Source: an uncultured Actinomycetes bacterium
GTDB taxonomy: Bacteria > Actinomycetota > UBA4738 > HRBIN12
Length of the DNA: 45,327 bases
Assembly (NCBI GenBank): GCA_963704885.1
Contig: CAVPIB010000002.1
Location: 1 to 45,327 of the forward strand
Direction of reading: 5' to 3'
The position numbers were made by a program, and so were the translations under genes. The notes beneath the pieces were generated by a model. That model searched no databases. It was not told the origin of the DNA and was given only the letters and a program-made list of their open reading frames with translations. Within the stretch, counting starts at the first letter, position 1. Each line of letters begins with the position of its first letter. Of the stretch, positions 1-11,621 are shown in pieces.

Positions 1-39
1 ACGCTCCGCCATTTCACCGCACGATTCGAGCCGCTCTAG

Positions 40-1681
40 TCACCGAGCGACGAAGTCAGCGCCTGCGTCCAAGTACTCCGGAGGGCGGCGTGCCTGAACC
101 GCCTGCTCGAACGCATACGCGAACCGCAGCAGCCTCGGTTCCTGCCAGGCGCGGCCGAGGAACGAGATGCCGATGGGCAGCTCGCCGATGAATACCGCGG
201 GCACGGTCAGGTGCGGATACCCCGCTGCGTTCGAGGGCCCGGCGGCACCGTTGCCCAGGTAGGAATCTCCGTCGATCAGGTCGATCGGCCACGCGCGGAC
301 GAACGTCGGGGCCACGATCGCATCGAGCCGGTGCCGACGCATCACGTCGGCGAAGTCCGCTCGCGCCACGCGCTGCGACCGGCGGAGCGCTCGCAAATAC
401 TCGGGGTTCGGGAGTGGGGCGGAATCGACCGAACCCTCGAGGAGGGCCTGGTTGTGCCACTGTAGTTCCTCGTCATGGTTCGCCTCGTTGAAGGCGACGA
501 CGTCGGCAAGCGTGCGGATCTCGGTGTTCGAGAGCCCGGACATGTAGCGACCGACGCCTTGTTCGAACTCGGAGAACATCACCGACACGTGGTCGCCCGT
601 CGCGGCCATCCAGTTCGGGAGGTCCACAGGGTCGAATAACGTCGCGCCCAGCTCACGGAACACCGGAAGCACGCCTTCGAAGCGCCTGGAGATCGCGTCG
701 TCCTTCCAGAGGTCGTGTCGGCGCCAAACGCCGATCCGAGCGCCACGCAGGCCGTCCTCGTCCAGGAAGCGCTGGTAGTCGGGCGGTGTGTGCCCCTCGC
801 TGGCGGCCGTCAACGGATCGAGCGGATCGACACCGACCATCCCGTTCAACACGATCGCCAGATCGCTGACGGTTCGGGCCAGGGGTCCCATCACGTCCCG
901 CGAGAACGAGATGGGGATCGTGCCCGAGCGGCTGACCAGCCCAGTGGTGGGCTTCAACCCGACTACCCCGCAGAGCGATGACGGCATCACGATCGATCCA
1001 TAGGTCTCCAGACCGACTGCTCTGGCGGCGAAGCCGCTGGCGACGGCCGCCGCTGATCGAGAGCTGGAAGTCGCCGTGGTCGTAGTTCAACGTACGGTCT
1101 TCGTCGGCTGCGACGAGCTGTTCAAGTGCGCGAGTCGGCGACGATGGAAACCAGGTTCATGGATGTTGCTGACCGAGGAGGATGGCCCGGCCTCGCGGAG
1201 CCGTCTTGCCACGCTGTGTTCTCGCGGGAACGGTCTCATCGACGAGGGCGAGCGAGCCGGTCGTCTCGATGCGGCTTCTGCTGCGGCGATCATGTTCAGG
1301 ACGATCGGCATGCCGTGGAGCGTCGTGAGTGTTCGTCGCACGCCCTGATCGATGTCGATCGCGATCGCCTCGGTGTCGTGTTCACCTCGATGATGGAGTT
1401 CACGCGCGGACCAGCCCAGTCCATTCGCTCGATCCGAGCGAGGTGGTCACGCGTGATCGACAGCGCCTGCAGCCTTGCCGAGGCCATCGCCATCTGCACC
1501 TACCGCGATCGCCGCCTCGGTCCATGGGAACGATCCGCCGGGTACTGCCCTTCACCCCCGCGTTCGACTTCGGCTCGGCGATGCCGGTCGCTCCGAGCTG
1601 GCCGCCGCCGACGCCGTCGTCACGACGGCCTACAACTCGAGGAAGTCCGCCGACGACCCCCATGGAGCCACTGTTCCTCAT
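40..1681 (-). CDS. Amidase-signature family amidase (frameshifted; start approximate)
   Basis: Fragments in several frames: 'LARIERMDWAGPRVNSIIEVN', 'LHGMPIVL', signature 'SSSRSAAAVASGFAARAVGLETYGSIVMPSSLCGVVGLKPTTGLVSR', C-terminal 'AGYPHLTVP...LPIGISFLGRAWQEPRLLRFAYAFEQ'. Confidence 0.85.
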
Positions 1682-2205
1682 GACCGTCCACAGCCTGGTC
1701 CTTCGCCGCCAACGGCAACCAGGAGCGCTGCGACGACATCATCTGTCCGACCCGTGACGCGGACAACCCCTGCATCGGCGTAAGCGCCGCGCCCCGGTGA
1801 CCGCGCCGGACTGGTCCTGCCCAGCCCGGACACCGCCATCATCATGTTCTGGCGCTCGGCGCGCGGACGGTGTTTGAGGATCATGCACGTGGGTACAGGC
1901 CCACCCGAGTCTGCGGCGTTCGCGTTGATGCACTCGCAGCGATGGGACCTGATCGTCGCCGACCGTATCAAGGTCGTCCTTGACAGGTTGATGGTCGTGT
2001 TCGCCGCCGGCGCGTCGGATGTGATAATCCCGTCGTCGACACATCCCCGTGGATGAGCTCGATGACCTGAGGTCGGCGATCTTGTCGCTGCCCCAGGCGT
2101 TGCTGATGAAGCCGGGAGCAGCATCGCCGCCGTCAGCATGGTGAGACCGATGTTCCTTTGATGTCTTCTTCTTCCGCTTTGATCTCGTTCCTGAAGGTGT
2201 ATCAT
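1678..2205 (-). CDS. Hypothetical, possibly exported protein (frame probably corrupted)
   Basis: Overlaps both neighbours by ATGA (2202-2205 and 1678-1681); signal-like stretch 'IGLTMLTAAMLLPASSA'; no family recognised. Confidence 0.35.
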   Translation of the reverse strand: MIHLQERDQSGRRRHQRNIGLTMLTAAMLLPASSATPGAATRSPTSGHRAHPRGCVDDGIITSDAPAANTTINLSRTTLIRSATIRSHRCECINANAADSGGPVPTCMILKHRPRAERQNMMMAVSGLGRTSPARSPGRGAYADAGVVRVTGRTDDVVAALLVAVGGEGPGCGRS

Positions 2206-4092
2206 GCGGCTGGGTACTGAACCCTTCGATGATCAACGTGGTGATCATCGAGCCAGCCGCAATCAGCGCCCTCGCCCACCGACCGCTGCTCGACCGAGAC
2301 CGACGTCGACGAACTCGACGGGGCGCATGTAGAGCGTCTGCAACGCGACCTTCGTGCCGTTCGGCGACGACATCGGCCACAGAGCTTCCGCGTCCATCGA
2401 CTGATCGAGCAGACCGACGGGCCAACTGGGTGGGCGTGGGTTCCATCGGCGTCGACGGCCAAATTGTTCGACGTCATCTCCGTCAGGTCGGATCCATCGA
2501 AGTCGGTCCTGCGGTAGGCGATTGTCGTCTGCGTCCGGGGAATATGTTCAAAGGCTCCGGTCGACAGGAAGGTCGAGGGCCCCCTGTCGACGGCACGGTG
2601 CGCAGGGTGAGTCGGTGTCTCGGATCGCCGTGTCAGGATGGTTTGCCGTCGGCGCTGAAGTTGGGCGACCAGAGTCTCGCGCCGTTCCTGGATGACGCGC
2701 GTGATGTCGCGGTGGCGGTGTCGAGGAGGAAGGCCGAGGGACTCTCGCTGAACACGATCGTCGTCCCATCGGGCGACCAATCGGGGGCAGACACACCACC
2801 CTTGCGGTGCGAACGAATGGATGTGCGATCCGTCGACGTTCGCGACGAAGATCGCCTCCCCATCGTCGAACGCGAGGTTCGCGCCGTCGGGCGACATGGA
2901 GGTGGGCGACACCGGCGATCGAGCGGATGCTCTTGGGCAGGCCCGTCGCCTTCCCGGTCCCAGATCGACGAAGGAAACGTCTGCCAGGCCGAGGGCTTGC
3001 GGTTCCGGCAACGCCGCCATGAAGTAGGAGACGATCAGGGTGCCCTTGTCGAGCGCAGCTGGGCTGCTGCCCCGTCCCGGCGACCCACGGTCGCCGGGGA
3101 TCGCGCCGAAGACCCTCACGGAGCCATTCGGATAGCCATGGAACACACCGCCGCCGCACACGCAGGCGAGATCGGGTACGTCGGGCAACCACACCAGTGG
3201 GTGTGCTCCAGGTGAGGGCCGACGAGTAGTACCCGCCGCCGGCGGCCACCAGCCGCCTCCGCCGCGACCCGTCGGCGTCGGCGAGCCGGATCGCCGGCGT
3301 CGCCACCAGCTGGACGCCGACTCCCTGGGTGGGTCCGGTGATAGGCGATCGTGTCCCATCCGGTGAGCAGGCGCCGTACGCGGCGTTCTCGATCGAACAG
3401 CTCCGGCCTGCCACCGGCGGTCGGGACCGTCCACAGCCCTAGCCATCGACCATGCCCCCGTGGCGGTGAATAGGATGCGCCGCCGTCGGGGCCGCGACGC
3501 GGTCGCCGCCCCGGCTTCCGGAACTCCCGGCCAGACGCGAACGTGATCCGCCGTCGGGCTTGTGATGCCACATCCACGACGGACAGGTCGTCCGGGCTGC
3601 CCTCGGGTTGTTCGACTCGAAGACGAGCTCGGAGCCGTCCGGCGACCAACCGGGGTCACGCCGACCCGGTCCTGGTCACCTGCCGCAATACCGACCCATC
3701 GATGCTCGACACGAAGATCTGCCCCTCGGACGTGAACGCGACTCGGCACCGTCCGGTAGACCTGGAAGTTCTGAGCACGGCGACCGCGCGGGAGCGCGCG
3801 GCAGCGGCCGGGTCCCGCCGTCGCGGACGTCGAGCAGAGACCACGTTCTCGAGGTGTTGTAGCAGCGGGTGCGGCGGAAGAGGCCGAAGGAGCCGCCACC
3901 TCGGTGGGAGCGGGGGCGACGCTTGATTCGATCGGTCCCTTCGTCGCCACCGACACACGCGGGCCGAACCGATCGCCAGCAGGACGGCGACACCGACGAC
4001 GCCACGATGGATGCGGCCGAGAGGGCCGGATCTTGATCGGCCTGCGCGGCTCGCGATCGTCGACGGCGCACGTGGGCTCGAGTTCGTTTCAT
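2202..4092 (-). CDS. PD40/TolB-like beta-propeller protein, probably membrane-anchored (frameshifted; start uncertain)
   Basis: TolB-type blades in alternating frames: 'QIFVSSIDGSVLRQVT', 'SPDGANLAFDDGEAIFVANVDGS', 'APDWSPDGTTIVFS', 'WSPNFSADGK', 'VDADGTHAHPV'. Confidence 0.7.
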
Positions 4093-4171
4093 GGCCTGGC
4101 TTGCTAGTTCGTCACGATCCTGATTTCGAGGCCGAGGATGCTCCTGCGCCCCGAGAGCCGCCTGAGCCGTG

Positions 4172-4188
4172 CGCAAGAACTCCGCAAG
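4172..4188. promoter_or_regulatory. Candidate SARP/wHTH operator: CGCAAG direct repeat with 11-bp period
   Basis: CGCAAG at 4172 and 4183 in the gap upstream of the PD40 gene; the same core recurs at 9164, 9191 and 9202. Confidence 0.4.
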
Positions 4189-4211
4189 CCAGGAGGCGGA
4201 GCCGGAAGGCG

Positions 4212-7200
4212 CTATGGGCAGGGATCGACGTGCAGGTACTGGCGGCACTCTTCTGACGTGAGCGACCGTGTGCACGTTCGTTCGAGCGATCGCGAGCAGC
4301 TCGTCGATGTCGAGGGTCCAGACGCGCACACCGTCACAGTCCTGCGCCGCGAGGAGCGCGCCGTCGGGACTGAACGCGAGGCCGCCCCGTAGCAGAACTC
4401 GTGCCCTGATCGGGCGCGGCGCAGGCAGCGTGAGACGCAGCTCCCGCGTGTCGGTGTCGTCGAGACGCACCTCCGCCTCCCGTGACCGCCAGGGTCGACC
4501 CGTCGGGACTGAACGAGACGCGTCCCCTCGCTCCTCGGGACACGCCCCAAGAGCTGCGCGGATGCCACGTCCCAGATCCGGATGGGTCCATCCTCATCCT
4601 GCGTGACGATCCTTCCCGCGAGGATCGATCGCCACGCTGGTCGCGTGGGTGGGAGAGTGGCGATCTCGGACCCGTCAGCACCGTCGAGCACGACCACGAC
4701 CCGATCCGGGTCTGCGTCGGCGCCGGCGATGGCGATGGTCCCGTCCGGACCGACCTCCAGGACTCCGATCGACAGCGGCTGCGCCCTCCGCCAGACCTCG
4801 CGACCGTCGAGTCCGACCAACGCGATGGAAGCCTGCGTGGGCGAGACGACGAGGTGGGCGCCATCGGGCGCCCAGGATGCGAACGCTGTCTCGATCGGAG
4901 GTCGGCTGACGCTCGTCCCTTCGACCAGGGCGAGGACCCCACCGCGACGCTGCTGGATGACCGAGTCCGTCGACCGGGTTCACCTCGAACGGGGCGATCG
5001 GCAACGTGAGGGAGAGTCCGAACGGGGTCGGCGCGGGCGCCCCCAGATCGGACGCGAGGAGGCCCGCCCCGGCCTTCCCATCGTCGGCGACGATGATGAG
5101 TCGGCTCCCCGACGGCGTGAACTCGACCTGGCCCGACCAGATGGTCGGCAGCGACAGACCGGCCGGCTCCCCGTCGCCCACGGGCGAACATCCGATCCGG
5201 ACGGCATCCGAGGCGGTCACGATCCGCTGACCGTCGGCGGTGAAAGCGACGTCCGTGACGGCGCCGGCGCCGGCGCCGCCGGCCGCGAGGAACGCCAGTG
5301 TCGATCGGAACTCGGTGGAACCGACCTCCCAGACCTTGGCGCTTCCGTCGATCGAGCCCGTGACCAGTCGCTCGCCGTCGGGGCTCCAGTCGGAGGTGAT
5401 GACGGTGGCGTCGTGCTGCCAGGCGGTGTACAAGAGCTCCCCGGTCGTCGAATCCCAGACGTAGGCACTGCCCGATAGGAGACGACCATCGGGACTCCAT
5501 GACAGGGGCGTTCGTCGCCCCTGAAGGGCGGCGCTCTGAAAGCGACACCGCGACCACGGCCGATGGTGGGAACGATGCGGCCGCCATCATCGCCGTTCCT
5601 CTCCACCATGACGATGGCGATGCGCGACCCGTCGGGACTGAGTGCCACGTGGTCGTAGTGGTTCAGGCCATCGAACGTCCTGACCACTCGCAACGTCCTG
5701 ACCACTCGCCCGGTATCGGCGCGAGCCACAACGACTCGGCCGGCCGACGGCCAGCGCGCCGCCACCAGCGAACCCTGCACGTCGAGTGCGAATCGCCGTG
5801 CCTCGCGCGAGCCGGTGACGTTCCCACAAGAGGGAATCGCTCTCTGCGTCCCGCACGCGGAGCCAGCCGTCGGTCCCAGTCGTGATGAGGCTCGTCCCGT
5901 CCGGCGTGAACGCCATGTCGGTCACACGACCCTCGTGCGCGCCGAAGGCGCGCACGAGGGCGCCCGAGGATCGAGGATCGCCACGCGCCCGGGCCCGTCT
6001 GCTTCTTGCGCCGCGATCGAACCGTCGACGCTCGTGGCGACGGGGCCGCTCAGCCCCGGGATCGTCGCGACGATCCGTGACGCCGCGATCGCGCGGTGGA
6101 GCGCCTCCACGGCCTCCGGAACCGCTGCACCGGTGGCTGCGCGCGAGCGTTCCACCGCCTCCATCGCGAGCAGCACCGCGCGCTCGGGGTCGTCGTCGAG
6201 GTTCGCGACCGATGCGGCGGCCAGCTCGCGGGCCCCCGAGATCGCTGCCTCGCGGCTCGCGCGGCGACTCTGGCCGGTCGCGACGAGCGTGAGCGAGCCC
6301 GCGACGAGAGCGGCCACCGCGAAGACCGCGACGAGCGCGCGGAGCCGCCGGGCCGCACGCCGCTCGACCTCAGCCTCGTGCTCGCGCCGTCGCTCGTCCG
6401 TGAGCCGCTCTTCCTCGCGCGCGCCGGCGGCGGCGGCCACGTACCTCCGAACGTCGTGTCCGAGCGCCAGGCCCGTCGACCCGACCCACCCTCGGCCTGC
6501 TCGAGCCTGGCTCCCCGCAGAAGGAAGCTCGGGTCGCGCCCGGCTGCGGCCCACTCCGACGCGGCCCGGGCCAGGATGCGTTCCTGACGCAGGTCTTCGC
6601 GCGCCTCGTCGATCCGCCCGTGCAGCCGTGGCCATGCGTCGAGGAGCGCCTCGTGCGCGATCTCGACGGTCGGCTCGCGAGAGGCAGGCTCGCGGTCGAA
6701 CGTCAGGACATCAGGCGCCCGAACGTCTCGAGCACGTGGTCGATCGTCGTGTCCTCGAGGTTCAGCGAGCCGAGGGTACTTCGCGTGACCCGTCGCCGCG
6801 TATCCCGCCTGCCCTCACCGAGCGCTACGAGCCGGAGGAAGATCTGGCGGATCGCGCGCCGCTCGTCCCCGCCGGCCCGCCGCACCGCCTGGTCCGCGCT
6901 CGACGCCAGCGTGCCCACGATGCCACCGAGGTCGCGATAAGTGGCGAGCGTCATCGCGCGGTCGGAACGCCGGTCGAACAGTTCGGTCAGGGTGAACTGG
7001 ATCAGTGGCAGCGAGCCCGGTTGGTGAGCCGCATCCGCCGATCATGTCCGCCACGAGACCCGGCTGGGGGTGCACGCCGGCGCGTTCGGCCGGGCCGCGG
7101 ATCGCCTGTTCCAGTTCGTCCGGCTGCAGCGGAGCGATCGCTTCGGTCCGGCTCGCGAGCAGCTCCCCGAACCTCGGGTATACGAGCGGTCGGTCGTAGA

Positions 7201-9132
7201 GATCCACCCGGAGGGTGGCGATCAGCGCGCACTCGGCTCTCGGGATCGGCGCACGCCACTCGGATGCATTCCAGGAAGTCCGCCCGCTCGGCCTCCGTCT
7301 CGGTGAGCGTGAAGAGCTCCTCGAACTGGTCGATCACGATGACCACATCCGCGTCGCCGGGGATCGCCTTCTTCACGGCCTCGAGGAGCCCCCGGGAGCT
7401 CCCACGGACGACGTCTCCCAAGCGCTGCACGGCTCGAACCGACACGCGGCCGAGCGCGGCCTCGAGCTCGTCGTACGGATGCGGTACCGGGGAGAGCTCG
7501 GTGGCGAGGACCGGCTCGCCCAGCGCACCATCGCGCAAAGCCGGAACGACGCCCGCCCGCACGAGCGACGACTTGCCGCATCCGCTCGGACCGACAACCG
7601 CGACGAACCGCGCGTTCGGACCCGATTCGAGGAGACGCTCTATAACCTGCCCAACGGCCATCGAACGGCCGAAGAAGTCCGACGCGTCGGCCTCTGAGAA
7701 CGGCCGCAGTCCTCGATACGGGTTCCGGAGGGGGTCGTCGACGAGAACCGCGGTCTGCGGCACGGAGGTGGCGAGTGCGGCACGGGCGGCGTCGGCGAAC
7801 GCGTCGGCGGCGACCGGCTGCGAACCATCCGCCCCATCGAGCAGTTCCGCCAGGAGTTCGGGAAGGCTGCCGCCGAGCAAACGCCGGACGATCGATCCGA
7901 GCCGGTAGACGTCGTCCTCCGCCGATGGCGGCGAGCCGGCCCCGATCAGAACCCCGTGACGTAGGCGTTGCCGTCCGCATCGAAGATCACGTTGGCGTCG
8001 TCGAAGTCGCCGTGGGCGACCCCCTGTCGATGCGCGAACGCCAACGCTGACGACACCTGCTCGATCACCTGGAGGGCTCGGCCGCGATCGAGCTCCTCTC
8101 CTCGCTCGACGACGGCCCGTAGCGACGAGCCTCGCAGGTAGCGCCGCACGACGTAGGCACGACCGGGCTCACGCCAGTAGTCGTAGATCGGGACGATGTA
8201 CGGGTGCTCGAGGGCCGCAACCGCTTGCGCTTCCGGCTCGAAGCGCTCGACGAACGCCTGCGTGCTCGCGAGGTGCTCGTGGAAGACCTCGACCTCGACA
8301 TCGCGCCCAACCCGAGGCTGGATCGCCCGGAATCGGATACCTGAGCTCGTCTCGCCGAGCTTCTCCAACAGCCGGTAGCCCCGGAGCGGCTCGCCTCGTA
8401 GCTCGAGTGAAAGGTCCTGCGCGAGGATCAGCCCGTGCAGCCGCGCGAGCTCGGCCGAGGATGAAACGCCAGCTCATCGGCGAGGATCTCCCGGGCGCGC
8501 TGGAATGCCCCAAGCGCCTCGGCCTGACGCCCTTCCCTGTAGAACGCGAGCATCAACTGTTCCCAGAGGCGCTCCCGCAGCGGGTGGCGCGCGGGAGCGG
8601 TTCGAGCTCCCCGATCGCGCGCGCCGCCCACCCCGCGGCAAGGAGCGCCCCGATCCGCTCCTCCATCGCCTCCATCCGCCGCGCGTCGAGCCGGGCTGCC
8701 TCCGCGAGCAAGGAGCGCTCGGCTACATCGGCGAGCGCGGGTCCCCGCCACATCGCGAGTGCGTCTTCGAGCGTGTCGATCGCGACCTTCGGGTCGACGG
8801 GAAGGGTCTTCCGCGCGTCGCGCACGAGTGCGTCGAACCTGGTGGCGTCGACGTCGAGGGGATCGAGGACCATGACGTATCCGGGATCCCGACCCTTAAG
8901 GATCCCCTCACCGAGTGTCTTGCGCAGGTTCGACACGTAGGTCTGAAGCGTGTTCCGCGCCCCGGCGGGCGGCTCGTCGCCCCAGATTCTCCTCGATCAA
9001 CGTGTCAGCGGGGACGACCTCGTTCGCGCGAACGAGGAGGTTGGCGAGGACGGCGCGCTGCTTCGGGCCGCCCAGCGGCAACGCACCGTCGCCCGCGTCG
9101 ACCTCCAACGGGCCGAGCACTCGGAACTGCAC
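4212..9132 (-). CDS. SARP-family (wHTH + BTAD) regulator fused to a kinase-like domain, STAND (nSTAND1-like) NTPase, TM helix and WD40 repeats (many frameshifts)
   Basis: Start 'VQFRVLGPLEVD...LGGPKQRAVLANLL'; BTAD 'HPLRERLWEQLMLAFYREGRQAEAL'; kinase-like 'LEHPYIVPIYDYWREPG'; 'NPYRGLRPFSEADASDFFGR'; Walker A GPSGCGKSS; Walker B VIVIDQFEE; WD40 'WSPDGERLVTGSIDGSAKVWE'; C-terminus 'SLTSEECRQYLH'. Confidence 0.88.
5674..5709. repeat. Perfect 18-bp tandem duplication inside the WD40 region
   Basis: AACGTCCTGACCACTCGC twice; encodes RVVRTL-RVVRTF on the minus strand. Confidence 0.9.
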
Positions 9133-9138
9133 CCGGCG

Positions 9139-9144
9139 ACCGTA
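9139..9144 (-). promoter_or_regulatory. -10 element (TACGGT) of a leaderless promoter
   Basis: TANNNT exactly 6 nt upstream of GTG 9132, with no SD sequence. Confidence 0.5.
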
Positions 9145-9162
9145 CCCAGGACCTCGTTCGTG

Positions 9163-9209
9163 GCGCAAGGTGGCATCGTGGACCGGGCCGCGCAAGGTTC
9201 ACGCAAACC
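9163..9209. promoter_or_regulatory. CGCAA direct repeats in the divergent SARP/GT4 intergenic region
   Basis: GCGCAAGGT at 9163 and 9190; ACGCAAACC at 9201, 11 bp after the second copy. Confidence 0.4.
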
Positions 9210-9244
9210 CGAACGGATGCGCGGCGATATCCTCGTCGGAAGCT

Positions 9245-10294
9245 ATGTCGTTATCGAACCCGATCGCAGCGCAGCTCCGGGTCGCGATGCTAGCCCCGAT
9301 CTCGTGGCGCGTACCGCCGCGGCACTACGGTCCGTGGGAACAGTTCGTGTCGCTGCTCACCGAGGGACTGGTCGAGCGGGGCTTGGACGTGACCTTGTTC
9401 GCGTCCGCCGACTCGATCACCGCCGCTCGTCTGGTCGGAACGATTCCAACCGGTTATTCGGAGGACCCCGACCTCGACGCGAAGGTTTGGGAGGGCCTGC
9501 ACATCGCGACCGTTTTCGAGCGGGCCGGTGAGTTCGACCTGATCCACAACAGCTTCGACTTCCTCCCGCTCACGTACAGCGGTCTGGTCGAGACGCCGGT
9601 CGTCACGACGATCCACGGCTTCTCGTCCGAGCGCATCCTGCCGGTCTACGAGAGGTACGACGACCGGGCGCTACTACGTGGCCATCAGCGACGCCGACCG
9701 CCACCCGAAGCTCGACTACGCGGCGACGATCCACCATGGCATCGACATGGGGCGGTTCCCCTTCGAACGACGCCGGGCGACTACCTCCTGTTCTTCGGGC
9801 GGATCCACCCTGAGAAGGGCGCCGCGGAGGCGATCGAGGTCGCGCGGCGAGCCGGGGTGCCGTTGACGATCGCCGGCATAGTGCAGGACGAGGCTTACTT
9901 CCGCGAGTCCGTCGAACCCCGGGTCGACGGGAAGCGGGTCAGCTACATCGGTCCGCGTGGGGCCAGACACGCGAGGCGAGCTGCTCGGCGGGGCACGTGC
10001 CCTGCTGCACTGATCGACTTCGAGGAGCCGTTCGGGTTCAGCGTCGTCGAGGCGATGGCGTGTGGAACGCCGGTGATCGCGAACCGCCGCGGATCGATGC
10101 CCGAGATCGTCAGTCACGCGGAGAACGGATACCTGGTCGACTCCCTGGAGCAGGCCGTCGACGCGGTCGAGCTCGCGGCGCACCTGGACCGGACGGCGGT
10201 GCGCGCATCGGTCGAGGACCGCTTCAGCGTGAGCCGCATGGTCGACGAGTACGCGTCGCTCTATCGCCGGGTGGTGGCGGACCATGCAGGCTGA
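9245..10294 (+). CDS. Glycosyltransferase family 4 (GT-B) with compensating frameshifts
   Basis: 'RVAMLAPISWRVPPRHYGPWEQ', 'PVVTTIHG', 'LLFFGRIHPEKG', 'EPFGFSVVEAMACGTPVIA' (E-x7-E motif). Confidence 0.92.
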   Translation: MSLSNPIAAQLRVAMLAPISWRVPPRHYGPWEQFVSLLTEGLVERGLDVTLFASADSITAARLVGTIPTGYSEDPDLDAKVWEGLHIATVFERAGEFDLIHNSFDFLPLTYSGLVETPVVTTIHGFSSERILPVYERYDDRALLRGHQRRRPPPEARLRGDDPPWHRHGAVPLRTTPGDYLLFFGRIHPEKGAAEAIEVARRAGVPLTIAGIVQDEAYFRESVEPRVDGKRVSYIGPRGARHARRAARRGTCPAALIDFEEPFGFSVVEAMACGTPVIANRRGSMPEIVSHAENGYLVDSLEQAVDAVELAAHLDRTAVRASVEDRFSVSRMVDEYASLYRRVVADHAG

Positions 10295-11516
10295 AGACGC
10301 CCAGAGCAGCCGCCCTTCCGACTGGGGATCGAACTATTGGCCGGCCCGCACGGCCATGCGGTGGTGGACTATGTTCGACTCCGCCGAGGTCGCCGAGGAC
10401 TTCGAGCGGATCGCCGCGGGTCGATTCGACTCGGTCCGGCTGTTCCTGCGATGGGCGGATTTCCAGCCGGAGCCGAACAGCGTGGACCGGGACATGCTCA
10501 AGCGGCTCGTGACCGTGGCTGATCTGGCTGCACGAGCCGGCCTTCAGTGATTCCAGACACTGTTCACAGGTCACATGAGCGGTGTGAACTGGATCCCGGG
10601 CTGGGCTCTGGGGCGGGCTCGATTCGGACGGTCGGACCGGGTGATCTTCAGGGGAGACGGCGGTCTCCGCCGGGCTTCGCAACTGGTACGGGACGGGGAA
10701 GTCGCTCAGGCCCAGGCGCTCCTGGCCGGCGAAGCCGCGACCGCCCTGGCCGGTCACGGATCGTTGTGGGCGTGGGACCTGGGCAACGAGAACTCGAACT
10801 GTGTCGTGCCCTCCGATCGTGTGCAGGCCAGGGGGTGGCTGGAGCAGATGTCCTCGGCGATTCGAGCCGCCGATGACTCCGCGCTCATCACCGTGGGCTT
10901 GCACATGGAGGACCTGGAGGAAGACCGGAAGCTCGGGCCGCGGGAAGCCGCCGACGTCTGCGACTTCCTCACGATGCATGGGTACCCGATCTACGCGAAG
11001 TGGGCGGAGAGCGGAACCGATGCCCACCTTGTGCCGTTCCTGGCGCGGATCACCCGATGGCTCGGCGGAGGCTTGGACGTGTTGTTCTCCGAGTTCGGAC
11101 TGCCGACGTTCCAGCAGGGCGATCCCGGAACAGAACAGGAGCGCTCGGAGAGCGCCTCGCGGCTCGTGGAGGAGCGAGACGCGGCGAGTTACACGGTGAG
11201 GTCTTTGCGGGCCTCGATAGCGGCCGGATGCTCTGGCGCCATGCTGTGGTGCTATTCGGACTCTCGCACGGACACTTGGAGGGATCCGCCCCTGGACGAG
11301 TCCGTCCACGAGCGTCATTTCGGGCTTTGGCGCGCCGACGGTTCGGCCAAGCCCGCGCTCGCGGCGGTCGCCGCCTCTGCCGACGTGCAACAGGCGGATG
11401 CTCCCGACGACGACTGGATCGACATCGACCAAGAGCGGTTCTGGGAACGGCCCGGCGTGGAACTACCCCGCTTGTACCGGTGCTACCGCGGCCGCCCCGC
11501 AGCCACCTCGATGTGA
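10284..11516 (+). CDS. Glycoside hydrolase, GH5-like clan A (beta-mannosidase/mannanase-like); frameshift near 10545
   Basis: 'NYWP', 'SVRLFLRWADFQPEP', acid/base motif 'WDLGNE', 'MHGY', nucleophile motif 'SEFG', 'GAMLWCY', 'HERHFGL'. Confidence 0.85.
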
Positions 11517-11621
11517 GCGACCCCTCGAGCGACCCCTATGACGTCGGCCGGACTACCATCCAGGTGCGCGGCGTCGCCTCGCGACTTCCAACACTCAGGG
11601 AGCACTCGTGAAGGCCGGAGG

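Noticed and set aside
1620-1681. Possible Tat signal (RR.DFL) on the amidase, and altered amidase catalytic residues
   Set aside because: Requires assuming indels in the most error-rich region; not supportable.
5815-7908. 697-aa plus-strand ORF and similar long Arg/Ala/Pro-rich ORFs
   Set aside because: Antisense or alternate-frame shadows of real genes in GC-rich DNA; no motifs.
4212-9132. STAND protein as an Avs-type antiphage system
   Set aside because: The N-terminus is a SARP DNA-binding module, not a nuclease, TIR or SIR2 effector, and there are no defence-gene neighbours.
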